Source: Geosiphon pyriformis uo1 (Eukaryota; Fungi; Glomeromycota). Taken from it: a DNA stretch of 64,000 nucleotides. Positions 12,558 through 22,569 of this stretch are shown piece after piece. How positions within the stretch are numbered: position 1 is the stretch's first letter; every line of letters begins with the position of its first letter. The notes under the pieces are model-generated. The model had not been told where the DNA came from. It was given only the letters and a program-made list of their open reading frames with translations, and searched no databases. The DNA is taken from contig JAAOMT010000094.1 of NCBI GenBank assembly GCA_016748015.1, forward strand, positions 374,251-438,250, written 5' to 3'. The translations under genes were made by a program, and so were the position numbers.

Positions 12558-15500
12558 CTAGGCACCTATATGCACCGAGACCAAGTTACCTATACCTGAA
12601 AAAAATAAACTAGATCTACAAAACCCAAAACCAATACCAATTGCATTAGCAATACCCAATAATCTAATCACATTAGATGAGAGTACTGAAGGAAGACCAA
12701 AAACCAAGACAGGAATAGAACCATCACATGGGATCAAGCCACCTTTCTCTATAACAGCTCTGTGTTTCACATGAACCAGCCAAATATCATCACAAAATGC
12801 AAGACAAAAATCATGCACAAATGCCACAATATTCTGAGCCGCTGTTTTAGAGTCCTTGAAAACAGAAAAAGATTCACAATATCACTCATTGAAAACAAAG
12901 CCCTTACATATAGCCGCACCAACAACAGCATTGGAAGTGCAAGCAGAAAATGACTGCGAAACACATGAAGTCGAGTGAGATAAACCAGAGTGTGTTTCCC
13001 AAACAAATGTATGAGCATTCATCAACTGGGCATGATCACCAGCATCGAATGGGCACGAAAACACATGATCTGAAATTTCAACATTGTCACAGAACAAACA
13101 CATCACACTGGGGTACCCCTTATTGTAAAGACGCTTTTGCACAGCAACAGGAAGACAATAATGCAATGCCTTCATAAAATACGTTTGATAACCAGCAGTA
13201 CGCGCACTAGTGAAACCAGCAGCCAAATGAGAGTCCGGATGCCACACCGAACATGACCTAACCCAATCAACATCAGCACATAGGCTGTCCATTAATACCC
13301 AAGAACCAGAACCAACCTCCCAATGTGTACAGTGAATAGAGTGGAAAACATCACGAACAAAATGCCTAGAATTACCAGAAACCACAGTACTGCCAGCCTT
13401 GAGAAAATGTTCATCGATCCTGTGAGGAAGATGCACACCAGAAGACACAGCAGCCCTAGCCAAAGTGTCAGCACGCTCATTGCCCAAGACTTCAGAGTGA
13501 TCTCTAACTTTAATCCAATTAACATCCAATTTTTGCAACGAATGATATTAGAAATATGGTGGCATTCGACCCAACACCGATTCCTGAAATCTGGACACCC
13601 CAACATTAACTCTGACCTGCATGCATCCAAAGCGGCCTGGCTGTTCGAAAACAGATTAACCGAATGAGAAGGAGGGACACACTCGAGAGCCAAAACAATG
13701 GCCTGCAGCTCCGTCATGGTAGAAAAAACCAAACCAGAAACTTCCACACCTAAACTGATATCAATGTCCTCAAAAAAAACAGCAGTGCCAGCCTCCATAC
13801 CAAGAGTACCCAGCCCACACAAAGAACCATCTGTAAACACAGAAAGGCAATCGGAATCAACCTCCGACAAGCGATTGCAAACAACATCAAACTCGCAAAA
13901 CTCAAGTACGTCAGATGAATCAACATTTAGTGGCAAAAGAGAACAAACGGGAGATGACCCAGAACCAGACAAAAAGTGAACAGCAGCATTGAACCAATCA
14001 GGAATCAGGCCCCGAGGGTCCAGTCTCTTCCACCACTTGAAAGTCCTCCATTCGAAAACAGAACCAGTTCGATCGCGAAACTGCTCAACAAAGGCAATTC
14101 CATATCACCGAAGCGAAGAGACACATTTATAAAAAGCTAACTCGCCAAGAACAATAGACATTGGGGTCCCCTTTTGAAAACAAAAAACATTGGTCACAAG
14201 ACCACCCAAAGAAAGGTCACAACCCAAAAAAATCCAGATGACACCAGCCAAAAAATTATTCAAAGGACTGACATTAATACGAGAAGGAAAAAGCAGGGGG
14301 TGATGAGGGCGCCAGCTGAGAACCTGTAAATCATGAGACCTATGCACAAACAGGCAGCCCAAAATACCCATAGAATTGGCAAAACAAACAACAGCAGCTG
14401 ACTTGCTCTCAGCCTGGACCTGCTCAAAAGATTTCAACTCATACAGAGAAGGATGATGAATAGCATCATTGGGAAAGTCAAGCGGCAAGCCAGATTTGGA
14501 CTTCAAACTTTTATGAATCATAGTGTCCTATTTCGCACACACACTAATAGAAACAAAACTAAACTGAGTCTTGTAGGCAATTATGGGGTGAAGAACCACT
14601 GACACTAAATATGAGAACTGTTTATCAGAGATAGCCTTTCTCAGAACAAGGTTGGTGAAAAATTGGACATCCAAGCGTGTCTTAGCCAAGCTAGGCTTCG
14701 ACAAACTCTCAGTAGACAGAAAGATACCCAGGTACCGATGAGGCTCCCTCCTTTTGGCTATCAAAATAGGCAAACCACTAATTAACAAATGAGGGCTGGA
14801 AACTCTGCAATTAATGGGAATGGCCACCGTTTTGTCATTATTGATCGAAATATCATTGACTCGAAAAAACCCACTAGCAACATTGAGAATATGTTGGGTG
14901 GCAGCCTGGCTGCTACCAATCCAAATCGTATCATCGACGAAAGCACTAGCAGCGAGGAAAGAAGTCAAACCAGCCTGAGATTCAATATGACCAGTGTTGG
15001 CAACAAAACGAGAGTCTAACCTGTATCCACATACACTTTCTTGTCTCTTGACTTCACACAAAAGAGGATCATAAAATATGCGCCAGAGAAGAGGAGAAAA
15101 CACCTCCCCTTGATCCAAACCATCATGTACCCAATATTCATCAGTCAACCCAAAATCTGTCATAACTCTGTTGACCCGATCATTGTGGATGCTACCAAAA
15201 AACTGAATGAATTTATTACACATTTTTATTCTGACCAAGCTCTTCCTTAGATGCTCCCAGCCAACCGAATCATAAGCCTTTCGCATATCCTGCAAGACCA
15301 GCCACAGCTCTCGGTTCTTCTCCAAAGCATCCTCAATGACTGATCCAATAGCAAAAATAGGAAACTGCGTGGTCATGCCTTTTAAAACAGAAAAATTATT
15401 TCCTCTTAGAACGTCAAAAACATTACAAGCCAATGAAATTTTGTCCGAAAGCACTTTAAAAAGAATTTTGCGAGCCATCTCAACCAAAGCAATAGGACAG

Positions 15501-17245
15501 GTATTTGTGAGAACACCCTTCCACTCATATGGTTTGGGGATTATCGACACCCAAGCCTCTTTTCAAGGCCCAGGAACAGATTCACGCTCCAAGCAAACAT
15601 TCAAAAGCACTAAAAGCATATCCAAAACTGATTTGTCGCAATGTTTCCACAACTCATTCGAGATACTAGAGAGACCAGCTGCTTTCCCATCAGGCAGATT
15701 CGAAACAACATTAGACATCTCATTAAAATCAATTAGGCTCATTACACCAGAAAAAGCGTCATCAAAAACATACTCTAAAGACTGATATTGGCAATTCCAG
15801 ACACCAGTAACATCAAAAACTATATTGTACTTCCTAGTCCATCCCTCCATGACTGCATCTACTTTGGCCTTCACCAGAGCGGGCTCCAAAACCAACTCAT
15901 CATCAACAACCAGATGATCCAAAGTTACTTTGCAAAAAGAACATTTCAATACACTCCTAATAGTATGACCTTTGTCTAATTCGAAACTCTCCATCTTCTT
16001 ATCTATCGCCGATCTGATTTGAGATTCCCTAACTCGCACTGCTTCCGACATTTTGGATGCATGATAAGACTTTTTGACCATAGACAAAACTGACCGAATA
16101 GCATTGAAGTGGGAACCTGATAAGAAGAGAGACTTTACCGCAGAAGCATTGACTGAATCCAAACCTTCCCACCTGTCGAGCAAGGATGCAAACACCACAG
16201 TAGAATTCATATGAGATGCTCTAACTAACTTAGACACCAAGAGCTCAAGCTTGTGAAATTTGGACAAATTCTTACTAAAAATTTTATCATATCCCTTGAA
16301 CCACTTTTTCTTGAAAACTGCCTCAGCAGACAGACACATCACTTTATGGAGAGCAACCCACATCGAATCCAAGTCCGAGCGGATCCTGGCTGCAAGAAAA
16401 TTGTCATGAAACATAGCAGCATTTGCCACCATATTTTTCTTAAATTTGGCCTATTTAACATCATCCGCACCTTTGCAATCGTACTTTCAGCGATCTCTAT
16501 TTGCTTGCTTATGAACAGAATTTAACTGAACATCGAGCAGACCATCTAAACCCACTAGCACTGAGACAGTCTGATGATCAGTATCAAAGTATTCCCCAAT
16601 GCCAAACACGTTGCAACTCACTACTGCATTGACTAGATTTGAAGAAACAAACATAAAATCAATCGTCTTAGTAATGCCCTGAAAATTGGACCAAGTTGGC
16701 AATTTTCCATGGGAGCTTCCACCCAAGGCATTAACCAGACCCAAATTCAGACACTTTTTAAAACTTGCATACTTGTAAGAACCGTCTTCATTGAAATCAC
16801 CACCGAGAACAACGAAAGAAGATTCATTAACAGCTTTTGCAATGAGAGAGTTGACTTCACCAGCCTGAGAGAACTGAACTGCTGAGGAAGCACCAGCGTA
16901 CAAACCCAGAATAGACACCGAAAGTTTATTTTTGAAAAGTAACTTAATGGACAAGAGCTGACCAGGCACCTCTGACACTTTGTACACATGTCTTGCTAAA
17001 GAAAAGTTCATAATGACTGCAACACCAGCACCCAGATATCCAGATTCCAAACCAGAGGTAAACACCCACACACCATCATATTTGTTGACAATCCATGAGC
17101 AAATTTTCTCTTTTAGCTTTGATTCTGTAAAAATAGAAACTAAATTGTTCTTCTCCATATGCCAACAAATGACATTGTCCTGTTTTGCAAGATTGTTCAT
17201 ACCTCTGATGTTGCAAGTAGCAATACTCCAAACCAAACTGTCCAT
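12558..17245 (-). pseudogene. LINE-C ORF2 (APE endonuclease, RT, RNase H, zinc-binding C-terminus), disrupted by stops and frameshift
   Basis: APE: ATCNIRGMN, GGDFNE, IDFMFV, TDH. RT: PIALVE, QDMRKAYDSV, QGEVFSPLLW, AFVDDT. RNase H: VFTDGS, ELQAI, HSEVLGNERADTLA. C-terminal CLFC...HVFSC. Confidence 0.93.
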
Positions 17246-19027
17246 TAAGAAGAAAAAAAATTTGAACCCATCTCAAAACTGTCCACTTTGGCTGAAAGTC
17301 CCAGAACTGTTTCCATCAGACATTTCATGCTGTCTTTCAACTTGGATACTAAAGATACATCAAAAGACACTACTTCTGCAACAATCTCACCACTAGTGGC
17401 TGCACCTGAACTCTCACTCATCACTATATCTGTCTCTTGTTTTTGTGATGAAGGGGTCACCAATGGCTGACATCTAGGGCTCAGCTGGGAAACCATTGGC
17501 CCAAGTGCATCCAACCTCTTAGCCAACTTACCCACCTGCTCTGCGAGGCTGGTGAGATTGCACTCAAAAGCAGCAAACCTATTATTGATTTTTATCAAAA
17601 CCAGCAGGGACAGCACCAACTCCGAAAAGGAACCAGATTTCACTGAAGCATTTCGTCCAGAGAGAGAAGAAAAAGAAGACCCACTAACAACCTTTGCCCA
17701 AGAGAGACCACCAAAAGAGACTGGACGAGCAACTGGAGCTGATTGCTTGGCATAGATGACTGCCAATTTGCTTTTATCTGTGTCTGACTTTATGCAAAGA
17801 CAAACCTGAAGAAACTCTCCCACCAATCGCACAGCCCAATAACGTATGGCCTGATTTTCCACACTTGGCACACTTGGCCGAAACAAGACAAGACCAGTAT
17901 AGATTGGCGCCCCTCAACACTGGCGTGGTTCCCACAATGGCCTTCAATAATTTAGCAGAATCAAAACAGACAACAGCACACCTAGCCCTAGTATACGTAA
18001 CCAGATGATGATCAATAACACACGTCTTCCCACCCATAGAACCAATAAAATCCCAGATGTCATGAGCAGTCATACCCATTGGCAGAGTATAGAGCAGCGC
18101 CCTATGCTGGTCCCTCGTGTCCCATGATTCTTTGTCCAAATCTGATCTAGCCACCCACACAGCATTCTTCCCGATTAAGATTGACCACTCTGCCGCGACC
18201 AAATTGGCGTGTTCTGATTGCTTAAATTCTACCACAGCCTTCTGTCACAGCCCCACCAATTGCATCTTGATCGACTTAATTATCCCAAACTCAGAGAGCG
18301 CAGTGTGCACAGCCTCAGCTGATGTTCCAACTGGAATTTCCTTTAACACCACAGCCTGATCTGAGTGACCAGCTGATCTCTTAAGATCGGTGTTTACCAT
18401 GACATTCGCACCAATAGGCTTTTCAGTGGCTTTCATTAGACCCAATTCGGAAGTGAATGTCACTCTGATGATCCCTGAGAATTTTGAGGGGGTAGATGCC
18501 CCCCCAAAACCATTAATACCAGAAAATAATTTCCTTACCACTACAAGCTTTTCTTGAGAAGATTTGCCGGCCACCTTATCCAAGCTAATATCCAACGCAA
18601 ATGACTTTCTGACTGGAACATTGACCAAATTTTTCATAAGAGGAGGGAGCTCAAGAGGAGCATCTGAGAAAACACCATCATCACTACCATCTCTTGAGAA
18701 GTCAATCTTTCCCAATGGCTTGCCCAACGCCTTTTTGGTTTTGATCTTCGAACTTGTGGGTGTCTGATCATAATCTTCACCAGTCAGAGCTCCACTTTCA
18801 CCATAATCAAAGCTGGTTTTCTCCACGAAACACTCCTCTTCCATATCAACACTTTCAGACTCAGTAGTGTCCCCAGTCTCTGAACCCCATGAACAACCAC
18901 CAGGAACTTCAGCAGCAACCCCTCTATTATTAACACCCTCTGCCAACGCACCTCCTTTCCTCTTTTTCCTTGATATAACCACCTTAAAACCACTCTTAGA
19001 ACCAGAAACTTTAGCAGTTTTTTTCAT
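17245..19027 (-). pseudogene. LINE-C ORF1 (nucleic-acid-binding protein with CCHC knuckle), disrupted
   Basis: ORFs 18245-19027, 17774-18235 and 17245-17886 are colinear; CAKCGKSGHTLLGC knuckle; C-terminal heptad-like segment. Confidence 0.88.
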
Positions 19028-20007
19028 AACAGCAATAACAGAGCCAACAGTGGTCTTGTAATCGAAGAACAGTTTTGATTTATTGTACTGAATGGTAAAA
19101 AACTTCTTTCAAAAAAACTTTTGACTTTTTTTCGGGAATTTTGGATGAAGGAGAGAAAGAAGTTTTTTTTGTGAAAAAAAATAGCTTTTAGATAAGCAAT
19201 TCTTAAGAAAAAGTTGATGTTTACTACAATATAACTATATAAATAACTAGTATTATTGGAGGTTTTTGGTCATTTTTTTTGAATGTTGTTAATGTCTGTT
19301 TGTTATAAATTTACATTTTCTGGAAGTAGTTAAACCTCCAATAACTGAATTTATCTTCAAATTATCTCTTATAATTTGAACTGTTAGGCTTATAAGTAAA
19401 ATGGCCAATTCTGTACCAGTTACTATATATTGTTATTCATAGAAAACTAAATACAAGAAAATAGTAAAGAAAACAAAGAGAGAAATTAAACCAATAGAAA
19501 AATAGTAGTTAGCATATGGGCATATTGTTCAGCAATATCAGAAATTATGGCACATTGTTCAGTGTTACTAGAGATTTTTGGTCTCTTTTCTGTAATGTTG
19601 TTGATACTTATTTGCTGTGAATTCACGTTTTCTGGATGTGGTTGAACCTCCAGTAACTGAATTTTTTTTAACTTCAAATTATCTCCTATAATTTGAACTT
19701 GCTGGGCTTATGAGTGAAATGGCCAATTCCATGCCAGTTGCTTTATGTAGTTACGTTGTAGTAAACATCAACTCTTTTCCAGGAATTGCTCATCTGGAAG
19801 CTCACTAAAAATGTGTAGTTACTTTGCTGTGAAAGTCAACTCTTCTACAGGAATCTCATCTGTAGGCTACCCTAATGATTGTAATAAGAAAAATAAAAGA
19901 AAATAAAAGAAATGTAAAAGAAATAGAATTTTGTCAAGGGAAACGTTTTCTATCCAGGCCTGGAGTCACTAACAGTTTACTGAAATTGGTAGCTAATCAA
20001 TTTCGAA

Positions 20008-20437
20008 NNNNNNNNNNNNNNNNNNNNNNNNNNNNNNNNNNNNNNNNNNNNNNNNNNNNNNNNNNNNNNNNNNNNNNNNNNNNNNNNNNNNNNNNNNNNN
20101 NNNNNNNNNNNNNNNNNNNNNNNNNNNNNNNNNNNNNNNNNNNNNNNNNNNNNNNNNNNNNNNNNNNNNNNNNNNNNNNNNNNNNNNNNNNNNNNNNNNN
20201 NNNNNNNNNNNNNNNNNNNNNNNNNNNNNNNNNNNNNNNNNNNNNNNNNNNNNNNNNNNNNNNNNNNNNNNNNNNNNNNNNNNNNNNNNNNNNNNNNNNN
20301 NNNNNNNNNNNNNNNNNNNNNNNNNNNNNNNNNNNNNNNNNNNNNNNNNNNNNNNNNNNNNNNNNNNNNNNNNNNNNNNNNNNNNNNNNNNNNNNNNNNN
20401 NNNNNNNNNNNNNNNNNNNNNNNNNNNNNNNNNNNNN
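20008..20437. other. Assembly gap (N run)
   Basis: 430 N. By comparison with element D it hides the end of ORF3, the PPT and part of the 3' LTR of A. Confidence 0.99.
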
Positions 20438-21019
20438 TTTCAGTTCTGTGAGCTTTCCAATGTATTGAATCTTCAAAGGTTGAAAAATTGGGTTTTGTAG
20501 TATGTTTTCACAGGTGTGGAATAGGTCATAAAGTCTAAGAGCAGCTCTAAGCCTGTAGCGACTGTTTGTTGATCCAGCTGTTGTCTTGAATTCGTTGTGA
20601 AGTTGTTTCTGAATAGCTTTTTTTGTGAGGTTTGCTGTTGTAAGTTCCAGTTTCCATTCGTAAAGTGTTTTTCCAATGTGAAAATATCTATAGAATGGAG
20701 AATATTCAGTGTTTTCCTCATTGAAACACAGTTGAAGTTTTTGTTGAATTGTAGTATTTGGTGGAATACTAATTAGAGTGAGCATTAGGTTTTCTCTTAA
20801 AGCAAGCTTTAAAAGTTCTGGCAGGTGAATTTTAGTATAACTTCTTGTGTTCTTTTTATACAGGTGATATTTTCGTGAATTTGGGGCTAAATTTGTAATT
20901 ACTTCTGTTTGGGTATAATTTATGTGGTTTCCAGTAACAGTAATAGATAATTTGGGTATTGTTTTTAAAGCTAACATTAGTTTTTGGGATAATTGTTGAA
21001 TGTTTTGAGGAATAGTCAT
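20438..21019 (-). CDS. Element A accessory ORF3 (unknown function; env position, not env-like), runs into the gap
   Basis: Open for ~194 codons (MTIPQNIQQLSQKL...YIGKLTELK); close homologue in element D from 63295. Confidence 0.8.
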
Positions 21020-21134
21020 TATAAGCAATTAAAAAAAATAAAAATTATTTTTGGTGTATGGGTTTTTATGTTATTTTTGTTTTGTTTTTGTGAGATTGTT
21101 TCTAAATTATAAGAGAATAACTAGTAAAATTAAA

Positions 21135-22520
21135 TTAAGTGTTCAGGTTGGAAGGTTGTTCAATGACAACTATTGGTTCTAAGTTTTGGGGAATATCTTT
21201 GGGACTGACCAAAGAGGAATGTGTACCAATTTGTGAAATTAATGATTCAGGATTGTTTCTGGAATGATAGTGTTTCAAACAATCTCCATGTGCAACTTTT
21301 GCTAGAATTTTGTCATCAAGTTTTAGCTTGTATGATCCATTGCCTAGGACTTCATGAATAAAGAATGGTCTATCCCATTTATTTTCAAATTTTCCACTCC
21401 ATTGTTTTTCAGCTTTAGTTCTGTATAAGAAAACTTTGTTTCCAATTTTGAATTTATTGGTGACTGAAGGCAATTTGTCATCATGCCATTCTTTTTGTTG
21501 AGCTTGGGAGTGTTCAATATGGGTGGCTGCTATTCGTCGTTTTCCTTTCAATATGCTAAGCAGAGTGTAGACTCTTCGCTGAAGCGTTTCTTGGAAATTG
21601 TTTTTATCGATCGGTTATGTTGGGTATGTTTTTACTGTGAAACTAATTAGTAACATTGCCGTCCTTCCATAAGTTAAATCAAATGGTGTGTGTTTCGTGG
21701 TATCTTGTTTTAATGTCCTATATGCTAGTAACACTGATGGAATAAAGAGATCCCATTCTTGCTCAAAATTGGTTGAGACTTTGGCTAATGACTCACACAA
21801 TGTTCTGTTAAAACGTTCCACAAGTCCGTTTGTTTGTGGATAGTAGGGCAAAGACAAAGGTCTTTTGACATTGAATCATTCACAAATTTCTTGTATCAGA
21901 TTGTTCACAAAGTGTGTTCCCTGATCGGATAAAAGTTCAATTGGACATCCATGTCTACAAATGATGTCTTCGTAGATGAAATTTGCTACTGATTTTGCAT
22001 CTGCTCATTGAATGGCTCTGGCTTCAGGCCATTTAGTAAGATAGTCTATAGCTACTGTAATATAACGGTTTCCTTGAGTGGTGATAGATAGTGGTCTGAC
22101 TAAATTGATACCAACTTTGTCAAAAGGCTGTCCAACTTTGATTGGATTTAAAGATTCTGTAGGGCGAGTTCCTCCTCTTCTTTGACAACTATCACAAGAT
22201 TCGACATATTCGTGAATGTCTTTTCTCATTCGAGGCCAAAAGTAGTATTCTAGTGTTCTTTGGATGGTGCTATTTTTTCCGAAGTGTGCTGATGAAGGAT
22301 CTGAGTGCATATTGTATAAAATGGTCTCTTTTTTCTGTTTTTGTATTAATCTGAATGGTTTGGTTGGGTTTTTGAAATTTCAATGATAGATAATGTTGTT
22401 GTGTAGAAAATATTGTTTGGCTTGTTGTTGTAACCGATGTTTTTTGTCTGGGGACCAATCTGTTGGGATTGTTAATGTCTCCAAATATTGTTTGAGATTG
22501 TTGTAGTTTTCGGAGTTCAT
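21135..22520 (-). pseudogene. Element A integrase
   Basis: HHCC (MHSDPSSAHFG...CDSCQR), D..YLTKWPEA, SDQGTHF, PQTNGLVERFNRTL, and a C-terminal GPF-like module (W.RPF.IHEVLGNGSYKL). Confidence 0.92.
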
Positions 22521-22569
22521 TGTTTGTTGTTTTGATGCTGTTAATTCAAATGGGTGTTGGTTTTGTTTT

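Larger units (their letters stand above)
12427..19182 (-). mobile_element. LINE-C, full-length (~6.76 kb) APE-RT-RNase H LINE
   Basis: 9-bp TSD agcttttag at 12418-12426 and 19183-19191; poly-A tail at 12427-12435; 5'UTR at 19030-19182; highest GC in the window. Confidence 0.95.

Noticed and set aside
12762-19061. Numerous + strand ORFs over LINE-C, and antisense ORFs over the Ty3 elements
   Set aside because: Shadow frames of the real coding strand, with no motifs or cross-copy conservation.
19875-20468. 197-aa + strand ORF
   Set aside because: Artefact of translation through the N gap.
20438-21019. ORF3 as an envelope glycoprotein
   Set aside because: No signal peptide, fusion peptide or transmembrane anchor is visible.
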